Shown: positions 1 to 9,793, numbered from the stretch's first letter. The stretch is DNA of 64,000 nt from a virus (IMGVR_UViG_3300021387_000143:25384-89383); one strand, 5' to 3'. A program made the numbers and translations. The notes: generated by a model from the letters alone, not told the origin.

Positions 1-1
1 T

Positions 2-610
2 GAAGAGCAACAGATTTACATCATTAAGACTGCTTGGCAAGAAAGAGGTCAGAAAGGTGATGTTAATGGTTATATTGATTATCTCAAAAACAGCGGTACT
101 CTATTAGCTACAGCTCAAGAAGAATTGCAGGGTCTTAAAGAAAAAGATGCTGCATATCGAAAGCAAGTTGAAGAGAAAGCTGCTGCTGCTGAGAAACAAC
201 ATCAAGAAGAGATTAAACAATATTGGGATGGAGTTAAGCAAGTTATTGATAAGAGAGAACTTGCTGGTTATAAGATTCCAGAGACTATTGTTGTTAACCG
301 TAACGGAACTAAAACTTCTGCAACTCCTAATGATTTCTTTAACTATGTTTATATGGTAGATAAAGAAGGTCATTCTGCTTATGAAAGAGACCTTATGAAT
401 ACAAAGCCTGAAGATAGACTTAATGATGAACTTCTTAGAGCTTTTCTTATGTTTACTGGTGGTAATTATGCTAATTTAGTAGATTACGCAATCAATGAAA
501 AGAATGTTAAAACACTTCGATTGAAAGCTGCACAACGTGATAGAAAATCTACACTTAGAATAAGTAAACCTACCAAAGTTAATCCAAAAGATACTGACTT
601 CGGATATTAA
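2..610 (+). CDS. 5'-truncated conserved crAss-like protein immediately upstream of the major capsid gene (putative scaffold/structural)
   Basis: Frame is open from position 2 (EEQQIYIIKTAWQERG...) to TAA at 608-610; coiled-coil-like; position matches the conserved gene before MCP in crAss-like phages (synteny inference). Confidence 0.6.
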   Translation, partial: EEQQIYIIKTAWQERGQKGDVNGYIDYLKNSGTLLATAQEELQGLKEKDAAYRKQVEEKAAAAEKQHQEEIKQYWDGVKQVIDKRELAGYKIPETIVVNRNGTKTSATPNDFFNYVYMVDKEGHSAYERDLMNTKPEDRLNDELLRAFLMFTGGNYANLVDYAINEKNVKTLRLKAAQRDRKSTLRISKPTKVNPKDTDFGY

Positions 611-649
611 CCACAACTTAATTATTAACTTAAAAATTTTGTAATTAGT

Positions 650-2119
650 ATGTATAAAATGCACGTTGTGTCCAAAGGCAAGTTTGATGATAGAGGTTAT
701 AGCAATGAAGAAAGTATTGCTTATCTCCAGCTTCAAAAGCCTGAGGCTATTAATGCTTTCCTTACTTATAATTATGGTTTGGATGACGACAGATTTCCTC
801 TTACTTTCTTAACAGAAGGTCAGGGTAGAAATGGTGTTGTTGAAGTAAATACTGTTCAATGGACTTGGCCTGTTATGGGTCGTATGAAGTTTATTGATAT
901 GCTGACAAATGCTCCTACAGGAGAAAAGATTGGTCTTGGTGGTGCTGAATTTGTAGTTTCTTTCTCAACTCATTGGTTTATTGAGCAGCATACTCTGATT
1001 GCTCCCGATGGTGAAACTCAGTTCCGTATTCAGAAAGACATGGGTGAAGGTGTTAACGGTTATGAATATCTTATTCGTCTTGTTAGTCCTGACCCAAATG
1101 CTTATGTTCCTGCTGAGCTGTTAACTACTGGTAAGTATTGGAGTATTGGTGCTTCTACTGTTGAGGAATCGTATTCTAAGGGTAACCGTAGTAATGTTAT
1201 GGGGCCTGGTAAGATGACTAGCCAATTAGAGTTTTATCGTTATTCTAAGGAAATTGCTGGTAATCTTGCAAACACTATTACTGAGTATGAATTTAAGAAT
1301 GGTGCTGGAGCTTCTTCTCGTCTTTGGATTAATGAAGAAATGAAGCAGTTCAATATTCAGAATAGAGTTAAGAATGAAGAAAGACTTTGGCTTGCTCAGT
1401 ACAATAGAACTGAAAATGGCGAAGTAACTCTTCGTAGCCGTGATACAGGTAAGCCTATTCCTCACACTGCCGGTATGCTTGAAATCTGTAGAGAAAATAA
1501 TTATGACACCTATGGTGAGATTCTTACTCTGAACAAGATTAAGAGAACTATTGGTGATGTTATGGATAGAGATACCGATGATGGTAAGATGGATATTGTT
1601 CTTATGGGTGGTAAGGGCTTCCTTGAGGACTTTGATGAGGCTATCAAGCAGGATGCTCGTGAAAATGGTTTCTTGACTCCCCTTGGTGAGAAGGAAATTA
1701 GTGGTAGTGGCTATGGTCTTGAATATGGTGCTTACTTCCGTAAGTATAAGACTGTTGATGGTCATACTGTAACTGCTAAGCATTGTGCTTTCTTTGATAA
1801 GGGTACACTTGCTGAAGCTGCTAAGGCTAACGGTAATGTACATCCTCGTACTGGTTATCCTATCACTTCGCATCAGGCTGCTTTCATTGACTTTAGTTCT
1901 TACAATGGACATCAGAATGTTCGTTTAGTGCATCAGAAGGGTCGTGTTTATAAGGCTAAGGTCTATAAGGGAATGGCTGATATTCCTGCTTCTTGGGGTG
2001 TTGGAGATACTAACTATATCTCTACTGATGTCGATATGAGCCGCTATGAAATTATGGGTAGCATTGGCTTACAGGTCGACAACTCAAGCAAGATGTTCTT
2101 AATGCAGTGCAAGTTGTAA
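650..2119 (+). CDS. Major capsid protein (crAss-like, HK97 fold)
   Basis: 489 aa; resembles Crassvirales MCPs (LTYNYGLDDDRFPLTFLTEGQG, SQLEFYRYSKEIAGNL, HPRTGYPITSH); strongly biased codon usage typical of highly expressed genes. Confidence 0.88.
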   Translation: MYKMHVVSKGKFDDRGYSNEESIAYLQLQKPEAINAFLTYNYGLDDDRFPLTFLTEGQGRNGVVEVNTVQWTWPVMGRMKFIDMLTNAPTGEKIGLGGAEFVVSFSTHWFIEQHTLIAPDGETQFRIQKDMGEGVNGYEYLIRLVSPDPNAYVPAELLTTGKYWSIGASTVEESYSKGNRSNVMGPGKMTSQLEFYRYSKEIAGNLANTITEYEFKNGAGASSRLWINEEMKQFNIQNRVKNEERLWLAQYNRTENGEVTLRSRDTGKPIPHTAGMLEICRENNYDTYGEILTLNKIKRTIGDVMDRDTDDGKMDIVLMGGKGFLEDFDEAIKQDARENGFLTPLGEKEISGSGYGLEYGAYFRKYKTVDGHTVTAKHCAFFDKGTLAEAAKANGNVHPRTGYPITSHQAAFIDFSSYNGHQNVRLVHQKGRVYKAKVYKGMADIPASWGVGDTNYISTDVDMSRYEIMGSIGLQVDNSSKMFLMQCKL

Positions 2120-2148
2120 TTATTAATCAATTAAAACTAAAATAAGAT

Positions 2149-3276
2149 ATGGCAGATAGTGAAGCAGTACAAGTCAATTTTGGCAAAGCTAAACAAGAAA
2201 CTACTAATCTAAAAGAGCCAGATGGGACAAATAAGGGTTCCTCTGAAGAACATAAAGTTGAAAGAGATTTAGACGCTGAATTTGTTGAACATTCAAGTAT
2301 TACTATTGCTCTTATTCAAAAGTTTAGTTTATATCGTAGAGCAAACTTTAATGTATTGAATAAGAAAGTAGATTATATTGGTAGTTCAATTAATAGTAGT
2401 CGGATACTTTCTTCAAATAAAAAAGAAATTGAAACTTATTTTCCTGCTCTTATTGGTATTGCATCCAACAATGAGAATTTTATTACTCGAGTTAAGCAGT
2501 ACTTAAATAACATTAGAATACAAGTAGATGAAGACGGTAGAACATTTGATACTTCTTTTAGGTATAATACTTATAGAGATTATTTGAAAGTCAAGAGTGA
2601 AATTGAAAAAGTTGAAGATGAATACAATGCTGTAGATAAGAGAAATGAAGTTGCTTTGAAGAAAGCACTCAAAGTAAAATGTCTGCGACTTAATGAAATC
2701 GAAACTAGTAAATGCTCACTTGGCTATCCTATTAATCTTGAGGATTATCTGATGTATCGTCATTGTCTTTTGTACAATGATGTTTGTAAAGAGATTAGTC
2801 TTATTAATAGTGACCCCAATTATCGTTTTTATTTTAAGGATGATAATAAAGAACAAGAACGAATTGTTAAACTTCGTAAGTCGAAGAATATTGCAAAGGC
2901 TCATTACATTGAAGCAATTAGCGATAATGAGTTATTTGATAATATTTTTGTTCAGTATTGTTCTATTATGGGACTTCCTATTGTTCAGACTATGAAACTT
3001 GACAGAAATGTTAAGGAAGAATATCTTGACAAATTTAGTACTGAGGAACCTGAGAAATTTAATAGAATATTCTCAAATAAGAATTTAAAACTTGTTAGTC
3101 TAATAGAAATGTTAATCGCTCGTGGTGAGTTATTAAGAATTGGCAATAGTCAAAACATTACTACAAGTGATGGAACATTTATTGGTGCTAATATGAATGA
3201 AGCTGTTGCTTGGTTTAATGACCCTGCTAATGCTTCATTGGTTAATGCTTTTCAGAACAAATTAAATAATATGTAA
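2149..3276 (+). CDS. Conserved crAss-like protein following MCP, function unknown
   Basis: 375-aa ORF; GYPINLEDYLMYRHCL-type conserved segment; synteny. Confidence 0.6.
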   Translation: MADSEAVQVNFGKAKQETTNLKEPDGTNKGSSEEHKVERDLDAEFVEHSSITIALIQKFSLYRRANFNVLNKKVDYIGSSINSSRILSSNKKEIETYFPALIGIASNNENFITRVKQYLNNIRIQVDEDGRTFDTSFRYNTYRDYLKVKSEIEKVEDEYNAVDKRNEVALKKALKVKCLRLNEIETSKCSLGYPINLEDYLMYRHCLLYNDVCKEISLINSDPNYRFYFKDDNKEQERIVKLRKSKNIAKAHYIEAISDNELFDNIFVQYCSIMGLPIVQTMKLDRNVKEEYLDKFSTEEPEKFNRIFSNKNLKLVSLIEMLIARGELLRIGNSQNITTSDGTFIGANMNEAVAWFNDPANASLVNAFQNKLNNM

Positions 3277-3971
3277 TGAAAGTAGAAGATATACTGACAA
3301 TGTTTAAGATTCAAGGTCAATCTAAAGGTCTTGATTCTATGAGATTTATTTCTAATGAGGATATTGCAGTATACATTAATCAAGCTATTGTCAATAAAGT
3401 TAGAGCAACTGTTATGCAGAATGCTCAAAGTAAATTTACTGACAAAGTTTCAATGCAAGATAATCCTCTTGCTAGCACTAATATACTTAGAAATTTATTG
3501 ATGTATCGAGATGTTTCAGTTGAAGATACATTGTTTGGTTCTAAAAGTGGAAATATAGATTTAGATGTTAAAGTGATGTATTATACATCATTTGACGCAG
3601 TATATGAACATGAGGTTGTTAGTTGTAGAGTTGTAGATTATGATAAGTTCTATCAACACAGAAATGATTACTGTAATCAAGCGAGTTGGAGAACTCCTAT
3701 TGTTACCTATCTCTATAATAATGATAATCTTAGAATTTTGGTTGAATATAAAAGTAAAGCATTTCCTACTAGTAGGGAATTGAAAACTGTAAGAGTTGCT
3801 TTTGTAAAACAACCTAATGATTTTACTGTTAATAATCTAAGTTTTGATTACACTGAACTACCGGATTATGTTATTCCTGAAATAGTTGAGATTGCAGTTA
3901 ATACTTATTTTAGGTCTATTGGAGCTACAAGTCAACAAGTTTCACAACAACAAGAACAAAATAATCAATGA
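3276..3971 (+). CDS. Putative tail ring/adaptor protein
   Basis: 231 aa; ends with LPDYVIPEIVEIAVN, typical of head-tail adaptor/ring proteins; synteny with crAss ring genes. Confidence 0.55.
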   Translation: MKVEDILTMFKIQGQSKGLDSMRFISNEDIAVYINQAIVNKVRATVMQNAQSKFTDKVSMQDNPLASTNILRNLLMYRDVSVEDTLFGSKSGNIDLDVKVMYYTSFDAVYEHEVVSCRVVDYDKFYQHRNDYCNQASWRTPIVTYLYNNDNLRILVEYKSKAFPTSRELKTVRVAFVKQPNDFTVNNLSFDYTELPDYVIPEIVEIAVNTYFRSIGATSQQVSQQQEQNNQ

Positions 3972-4948
3972 TAAAGCATTTAATTTTAGTTAATGGTAAA
4001 TCTAAAGTTGACAGTATGAATGCTTTATCTGCAACTGAAAATGGTATTTTTCTTAATACTATTACTCATGGGAATAAACAATATGCTGAAATCTTTTTTA
4101 AGCATAATGGAACTGTAAATAAGTTCTCATTTCCTAAGAATGTTGCAGATTGGCTTGCATATACTTATTCTGACTTGAGTGGATTGATTAGTTCTAATGA
4201 TAGAAGAACTGATGTTGTATTAACTCCAAACACTACATTGCATTTGCCTAATCGTACTACAGAAACTGGTATTATTTCTAATGTAGAAGTAAATACTGAG
4301 GGTAATATTGTTCCTGGTGTGTATGGTTTTATGCTTGTTAAGAGAAATGTTCCTTTTAATAAGAGAAATAAATGGTATGTAGAAATTGTCGTTAATGAGG
4401 AAACAACTTATAATGACTTTGCCGATATACTTGATGAAAGATTCAGGGAAATTGATTCTACATTAGCTGTTAGATTAGATGGCTCAGATTTTAAGGTTGA
4501 TACTAGTGATTGGAAAGCACCTAGTTATGATGTAATGTTTGATGGTCTTGCTAAGTATGCTTTCTATAAGGATGCTGCTAAAAATGGTAATTATAAGAAT
4601 CATGATGTACATCATATGTTCAGAAAGTTAACTACTGAATGTGATGCCGATTATGGTTTTGATTATACTGAAACAGCAGGTGAAAATCTTTATAAAGGTA
4701 GAAATCCTGAGGCATTATATAATGAGTTAATTGAATTAGGTGTTGATAATAACAACCTCACTATTTTTTCTGTGAAAGTTAGTGAACCTAGTTTATTTAG
4801 AACTGTAGATCCTAGAATTAATCAGTCTTATACGTTTATTGGCAATAATACTGCTATTAGTTTTTTGGCTGAAACATTCTTTGGAATAACTCCTAGTAAT
4901 GCAGTTACTCCTTCTCCATTACCTGGTGGACTTAACAGTCAAAGTTAA
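3968..4948 (+). CDS. Structural protein, paralogue A (tail-hub-like)
   Basis: 326 aa; shares NKRNxW, DAxYGFDY and EP..(R/E)T..D motifs with the next ORF. Confidence 0.5.
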   Translation: MIKHLILVNGKSKVDSMNALSATENGIFLNTITHGNKQYAEIFFKHNGTVNKFSFPKNVADWLAYTYSDLSGLISSNDRRTDVVLTPNTTLHLPNRTTETGIISNVEVNTEGNIVPGVYGFMLVKRNVPFNKRNKWYVEIVVNEETTYNDFADILDERFREIDSTLAVRLDGSDFKVDTSDWKAPSYDVMFDGLAKYAFYKDAAKNGNYKNHDVHHMFRKLTTECDADYGFDYTETAGENLYKGRNPEALYNELIELGVDNNNLTIFSVKVSEPSLFRTVDPRINQSYTFIGNNTAISFLAETFFGITPSNAVTPSPLPGGLNSQS

Positions 4949-4965
4949 ATAATAAATGATAGTAC

Positions 4966-5952
4966 ATGAGAACAAATATATTTTTAACTAGTAATTCCAT
5001 TGCAAATGATTTTGTTGCAGATGTTAATGCTATGACCACCGATATTGCTTTGATGAAAGCAAAAACCAATGGTACAGTATTAGATAAGCAATTTAATCTT
5101 GTATGGAAAGGCGGAGATAGCAGATATGCTAATTTCGGCAATAGAGAGATTAGAGTTATTCCTATTAGTTTATGTGAGCTGTATTGTAAAGATACTGAAC
5201 AGAAGATTGCTAAGTACGATGATGGTGCTATAGGATTTGGTTTAGATATCGCTAATGACTATGATTTCACAAATATCATTGGTCAAGATATTACTGTAAG
5301 AGTTATTCTTCCTGCTAAGTTTAATAAACGTAATAGTTGGAATTTCTCTTATAGAGTAGCTGCTGATACAACTGTTGCTAAAGTACGAGAAAGTATTTAC
5401 AATCAGATTAAGAATAGCTCTATCAAGGAATGGGTAGATATGGAACTTGTATATGAAGAAGATGAAGATACTCAAGAGTCTACTCTTGCAGGTATTAAGT
5501 TCTATATGACTGAGTATGTTAACAATGTGTATGTATATCCTATGGATGCAACTTTATCTTCTTGGATAAGAGTTATTCCAAGTGTGGATGATACTAATAA
5601 GGTAGAACTTGTTACTAGAGCATTCCTTCGTAAACTAATTGTTGATGCTGATGCCAATTATGGTTTCGATTATATTAATTGTCCAGATGGTAATTTTTAT
5701 CCAAATAAGTTAAGACCTCGTGAGGTTGACTTTATGCTGGATACTTTAACTAATGTAGTTGAAAATGTATTTGGTGGAACATTAGGATTAACTCATATCA
5801 CTTTTGTTGAACCTAGGATTGTTGAAACCACAGGTGATGTCGTTAAGCAGGTTATTAACATTGTTCATCCTTTGAAAGATGTTGGTGATTTTGTTTATGA
5901 CGACTTTAAAGCAATGATTAATAAAATTGCTCCTGCTACTTTTGGCGATTAA
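4966..5952 (+). CDS. Structural protein, paralogue B (tail-hub-like)
   Basis: 328 aa; motifs NKRNSW, DADANYGFDY and EPRIVETTGD are shared with the previous ORF. Confidence 0.5.
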   Translation: MRTNIFLTSNSIANDFVADVNAMTTDIALMKAKTNGTVLDKQFNLVWKGGDSRYANFGNREIRVIPISLCELYCKDTEQKIAKYDDGAIGFGLDIANDYDFTNIIGQDITVRVILPAKFNKRNSWNFSYRVAADTTVAKVRESIYNQIKNSSIKEWVDMELVYEEDEDTQESTLAGIKFYMTEYVNNVYVYPMDATLSSWIRVIPSVDDTNKVELVTRAFLRKLIVDADANYGFDYINCPDGNFYPNKLRPREVDFMLDTLTNVVENVFGGTLGLTHITFVEPRIVETTGDVVKQVINIVHPLKDVGDFVYDDFKAMINKIAPATFGD

Positions 5953-5965
5953 ACATAACTTTCTT

Positions 5966-6000
5966 AGGCAGTAGTAGATTAAACTACTACTGCCTTTTTT
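5966..6000 (+). terminator. Rho-independent terminator
   Basis: Perfect 12-bp stem AGGCAGTAGTAG / CTACTACTGCCT, 6-nt loop, followed by a T-run. Confidence 0.9.
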
Positions 6001-6006
6001 AATAAA

Positions 6007-6567
6007 ATGGATATTCTTCAAACAGCATTGGAACAAGGTATTGCTCCAGCTATTGTTGTTGCAGTGTACCTTTTGATTATTCGTCTACTAGATAGTAAAA
6101 AAGAATCTAAAACTGCAAAACTAAATGGTCAGATGATAGAGTGTATTAATAATATAAATGAATTTCTAAAACATATAACACAAGATATTATAGATAAAGA
6201 ACCAGAACGATGTAATAAAAGTTTAACAGATGTATTTGACAGCTTTAGTTATAAAGTATTAAATTTTGTAGTATATACTCTTATTAATAATCATATTATT
6301 AAAAATAAAAAATCTATAATTGAAAATCTTAATAAAACTATAGATAAAGAATATCAAGATATATTTACTGTAGTTTTACTATATAGTGATTCTAAAAATA
6401 AACTAGTTACTAAAATAGATAAAGAATGGACATATTCTTTAAAGGATGCAATTATAGATATTATATATGATAAAAATCTTACTAAAGAACAAAAGATTTA
6501 TCAATGTAGTAATAAGATTAAACTATATGTAGATGAATATTGTGCTAATCTAATAAATCAGATATAA
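6007..6567 (+). CDS. N-terminally membrane-anchored protein (possibly holin-like)
   Basis: 186 aa; single hydrophobic helix GIAPAIVVAVYLLIIRLL. Confidence 0.5.
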   Translation: MDILQTALEQGIAPAIVVAVYLLIIRLLDSKKESKTAKLNGQMIECINNINEFLKHITQDIIDKEPERCNKSLTDVFDSFSYKVLNFVVYTLINNHIIKNKKSIIENLNKTIDKEYQDIFTVVLLYSDSKNKLVTKIDKEWTYSLKDAIIDIIYDKNLTKEQKIYQCSNKIKLYVDEYCANLINQI

Positions 6568-7265
6568 TGGATTTAGATAATGCAAAACTGAAAGTAGCAT
6601 CAACGCTATGGGGTCTGCTTTCGTCTACACAAGCGCAAAACTCCAAATATGTAGTGGTGGTAAGCGGACAGCAAAAATCGCTCAGATGCGAAAAAATCTT
6701 TTATTTAATAATTTTGTATTGTCTAGATTTCTACAATGAACTCTCCGAGGAACTAAAATATAAGATACAGGAAATAGTAAATGAATTGGAAGAGCCAGAT
6801 GAGAATTTCAAAGATATAGAAATAAATGGTTCTATTGAAACAATCGAAATTCCTGAAGAATATCAATGTCTTGGAATAACAGTTCTAGAGTATTTTCTAG
6901 AAAATCTTGACACAGTTCTTGATGAATGTAAGTCAGAGTGTTACTGTCAACACAATATAATTAATTGTTTTGTAACATTTATGGTTGCAGTTAATTTATT
7001 AACTAACCATAGAGAAAAAGAAGGTAAACTACTTATGAAATTTGTAGAAGGACAGATTAATAATATATATAGAGAAGGTGTTGAATATAGTGGAGCGTTT
7101 ACTTTGACTGAAGATCAAGAACTTTATGCATTTATTAAATGTACTTATGACAAATGTTATGTTGATACTATTAATAGCGCTTCTATGTTTGAGCTTTTTG
7201 CTCCAAATAGTTTTAATTTACAAGTTAAAGAAGGAGAATTGTATGGCAATAAACAAGAAAGTTAG
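6567..7265 (+). CDS. Hypothetical protein with Cys-containing C-terminal domain
   Basis: 232-aa ORF, translationally coupled on both sides; IPEEYQCL...DECKSECYC...NIINCF. Confidence 0.55.
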   Translation: MDLDNAKLKVASTLWGLLSSTQAQNSKYVVVVSGQQKSLRCEKIFYLIILYCLDFYNELSEELKYKIQEIVNELEEPDENFKDIEINGSIETIEIPEEYQCLGITVLEYFLENLDTVLDECKSECYCQHNIINCFVTFMVAVNLLTNHREKEGKLLMKFVEGQINNIYREGVEYSGAFTLTEDQELYAFIKCTYDKCYVDTINSASMFELFAPNSFNLQVKEGELYGNKQES

Positions 7266-8535
7266 TCTTGGTAGAATAGGAATTGTTATTGAAGGTGATT
7301 TTGATTCTACTAAAGCATATAAAAGACTTAGTTTGGTAAAGGTTCCTCTTACGGGGGATGTTTATATATCTAAAACTGATATACCAGCTAATACAGAAAT
7401 AACAGATGAAAGATGGTATAAATTGTTAAGTGGTAATGAAGGCGATGATGAAACAATAAGTAATATTAATGCTGCTATAAATAATTTAGATTTAAAAATA
7501 AATAACTCTGTAGTAGCATTAGGTAATAGAATTACTGCATTAGGAGATGAGCTTTCTGGTTTTATGGTATGGGGTCAAGCTTATAATAATGCTAATAATC
7601 CTGAATTATTAGTAGGAGTACCGAATAATATAGAACTTGAAAACATTAGTGGGATATTATTTAAATCACCTAGAGATGGATATAGTTCTATAAGTGTAGT
7701 TGCATACACGGATAATATTCCTACTGGACGGGAAATATTAAATATTGAATTGGATAATCCTTTATTCCAAGGAAATGTATATTGTATAGCAAAAGTTAAT
7801 ATATTTGGTGGTATAAGTTACATAGTAACAACATTACATGATTCTGTAAGATATATAGAATCCATTGCTTATTTAACTAAAAATGGAAGTAATCAGACAA
7901 AGAGTTTAATGATTAATGCTATGGCTAATGTTAAAAACATGGCTAATAATGTTCAATATAACTTCCATTGTGTAAATTGTGATTTTGCTATAGATCTATT
8001 TGCTTGTGTTAAAGTTAAAAGTGGAAACAGTACTTTAGCTTTAACTACTTTAGATGGTGGAGATCCTAATACTGCAAATTATAGAAGACTAGTATTTACA
8101 GATGCTTTAAGAATAATGTTCCATATAGGCGGTTATTATAAGAATGTAAATGTTAAAAGCGGAAATTATTATGATGGTACTGCTGGCAATCCAGGTACTG
8201 GCTCTAGATTTAGTGAAAATTATTCTTATCCTGGAACATACAATGAAGCTATAGATAATGATATTCCTTTATCAATTCCTCAATTATATGGAAGAGATAA
8301 TGTATCTTTAAGTCAATTCATTATACCTAGAAATACTAAGTTTACTATAATATTGCTTCCTAATATGGATGCCTCTACGGGCAATGTAACAAAAACTTCA
8401 TATTCTAAATGTCCATATAGTATGATGTTTTGGTTCGATGATTTTGAAGCTATTATTAGATATAATAATAATGGTGTAGATATAGATAGTAGAGATAATG
8501 ACCCAATAGACAATGAATTTGATGATGATGAATAA
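7243..8535 (+). CDS. Putative tail fibre / receptor-binding protein
   Basis: Likely ATG at 7243 (AAGGAGA upstream). The N-terminal module LGRIGIVIEGDFDSTKAYKRLSLV...YISKTDIPANTEITDERWY resembles common phage fibre N-termini; followed by a short coiled coil and a beta-rich body. Confidence 0.6.
   Translation: MAINKKVSLGRIGIVIEGDFDSTKAYKRLSLVKVPLTGDVYISKTDIPANTEITDERWYKLLSGNEGDDETISNINAAINNLDLKINNSVVALGNRITALGDELSGFMVWGQAYNNANNPELLVGVPNNIELENISGILFKSPRDGYSSISVVAYTDNIPTGREILNIELDNPLFQGNVYCIAKVNIFGGISYIVTTLHDSVRYIESIAYLTKNGSNQTKSLMINAMANVKNMANNVQYNFHCVNCDFAIDLFACVKVKSGNSTLALTTLDGGDPNTANYRRLVFTDALRIMFHIGGYYKNVNVKSGNYYDGTAGNPGTGSRFSENYSYPGTYNEAIDNDIPLSIPQLYGRDNVSLSQFIIPRNTKFTIILLPNMDASTGNVTKTSYSKCPYSMMFWFDDFEAIIRYNNNGVDIDSRDNDPIDNEFDDDE
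7343..7358 (+). repeat. Dispersed GC-rich motif, degenerate copy (TTCCTCTTACGGGGGA)
   Basis: Inside the tail fibre gene (VPLTGD). Confidence 0.5.
8369..8384 (+). repeat. Dispersed motif copy (ATGCCTCTACGGGCAA)
   Basis: CCTCTACGGGCA core, inside the tail fibre gene (DASTGN). Confidence 0.7.
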
Positions 8536-8701
8536 TATACTATCTACTAACTTTAGTTCTTATACCAAAGATTTATCTAAGGTAGCTAAAGATATTATTA
8601 ATGATTGTCAAACTTTTTGCAATGACAATGATGTACTTGATAAGTATATTGATGAAATTGCAAAAGTCAAAATAAATGAAGTTATTAACAATTTAAATTA
8701 A
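8528..8701 (+). CDS. Small hypothetical protein
   Basis: ORF overlapping the previous stop; several adjacent ATGs, so the start is uncertain. Confidence 0.45.
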   Translation: MNNILSTNFSSYTKDLSKVAKDIINDCQTFCNDNDVLDKYIDEIAKVKINEVINNLN

Positions 8702-8707
8702 TTAATT

Positions 8708-8953
8708 ATGAACATTCTTGATTCAGTTGTATCTGCAATTAGTGTATTTTTTGTTGCAGTTGTCACATTTCTTGTTGGTCGTCATGTAGGCGCAACCGCC
8801 GTTACAGGTGTTGGTATGACACTTTGTCTTGGTCTTTCATATGCTTTTGGCAAAATGAAGGAAGGTGCTACATTTGATACTAAGACTTTTATCGGTCATT
8901 GCGTTGGTGGAGTTATTGCTACTTTTCTTGCTTGTATGGTTAGTGTAGGATAA
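8708..8953 (+). CDS. Small membrane protein
   Basis: 81 aa with about three hydrophobic segments. Confidence 0.65.
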   Translation: MNILDSVVSAISVFFVAVVTFLVGRHVGATAVTGVGMTLCLGLSYAFGKMKEGATFDTKTFIGHCVGGVIATFLACMVSVG

Positions 8954-8954
8954 T

Positions 8955-9095
8955 ATGGCTAAGACTAGAGAACACAAGTCAAGTAAGCCTCTAGCTAGAG
9001 GTAATACTGAGAGAAAGTCTCATCCTATGGTTCCTAGAGCAGGAGTAAATAGGGGAAGAACTTATCCTTATGGAGGAAAGAAGAGCAATAACTAA
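8955..9095 (+). CDS. 46-aa basic protein absent from the ORF track (MAKTREHKSSKPLARGNTERKSHPMVPRAGVNRGRTYPYGGKKSNN)
   Basis: Translated by hand; ATG 1 nt after the previous stop; fills an otherwise empty gap; ends in a YxxGGK motif. Confidence 0.6.
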   Translation: MAKTREHKSSKPLARGNTERKSHPMVPRAGVNRGRTYPYGGKKSNN

Positions 9096-9465
9096 ACTAT
9101 TGTATAAGGTAGAATTGATAATATTAAAGTTTATACCAATGGTTCTAGCATTGATGTATTTCTTTAATACAATTCTACCTTATTTTAATATTGATACTAG
9201 AGTTCTTAATTATCTTGGAGGACTATCATTGATTCCTATGATATTTTTATATGTATCTTCTTATGTATTTAAGTTTTGTTTTTATCATAGGATTTTTCTA
9301 CATTATATAGTTATAAATTATGCAATTAGTGTATATGATGAATATATAGGAATACCATTAGATAATTATAATTATGTAGTAGTTAATTGTTTAATAATGT
9401 TTATTGTAATAGTTATAGCTACAGTATCTTATGTTAATCGACGTAATAAAGAAGTTATTACTTAA
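9070..9465 (+). CDS. Multi-pass membrane protein
   Basis: 131 aa with about four hydrophobic helices. Confidence 0.7.
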   Translation: MEERRAITKLLYKVELIILKFIPMVLALMYFFNTILPYFNIDTRVLNYLGGLSLIPMIFLYVSSYVFKFCFYHRIFLHYIVINYAISVYDEYIGIPLDNYNYVVVNCLIMFIVIVIATVSYVNRRNKEVIT

Positions 9466-9733
9466 AGTAATAGATGATATTGATTCTGGAAATTCAAATA
9501 TAACAGAATCTGATGCAAATGAGATTATTGAGTGTTTAACGAAATATACTCAAAAGGATAGACCAATGAGTAAATATGAGGCTTGTATATATCTTGGATT
9601 AGCAAGAAGTACATTTGATAAATATGTTGCTAATGGAATTATTCCAAAAGGTAAACATAGAGCAGGTTTCAAAGAACTTTATTGGATTAAGAAAGATTTA
9701 GATGATGTAGTAACAAAGTTAAAACATAAATAA
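9431..9733 (+). CDS. Excisionase/AlpA-like helix-turn-helix DNA-binding protein
   Basis: MSKYEACIYLGLARSTFDKYVANGIIPKG...LYWIKKDLD matches the winged-HTH excisionase-like pattern. Confidence 0.75.
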   Translation: MLIDVIKKLLLKVIDDIDSGNSNITESDANEIIECLTKYTQKDRPMSKYEACIYLGLARSTFDKYVANGIIPKGKHRAGFKELYWIKKDLDDVVTKLKHK

Positions 9734-9756
9734 CTGAAATACATCATTTTACAAAT

Positions 9757-9788
9757 TGCCATAGAACTATTATGTTCTATGGCATTTT
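9757..9788 (+). terminator. Rho-independent terminator
   Basis: 11-bp stem TGCCATAGAAC / GTTCTATGGCA, loop TATTAT, then TTTT. Confidence 0.8.
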
Positions 9789-9793
9789 CTATA

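Noticed and set aside
1226-1912. 228-aa antisense ORF inside MCP
   Set aside because: Shadow of strong codon bias; Ser/Thr/Ile-rich and not protein-like.
7126-7242. Track start at 7126 for the tail fibre
   Set aside because: It overlaps the upstream gene extensively; the ATG at 7243 has an AAGGAGA leader and begins the recognisable module.
7718-7735. TTCCTACTGGACGGGAAA as a motif copy
   Set aside because: The core CTCTAC is not matched.
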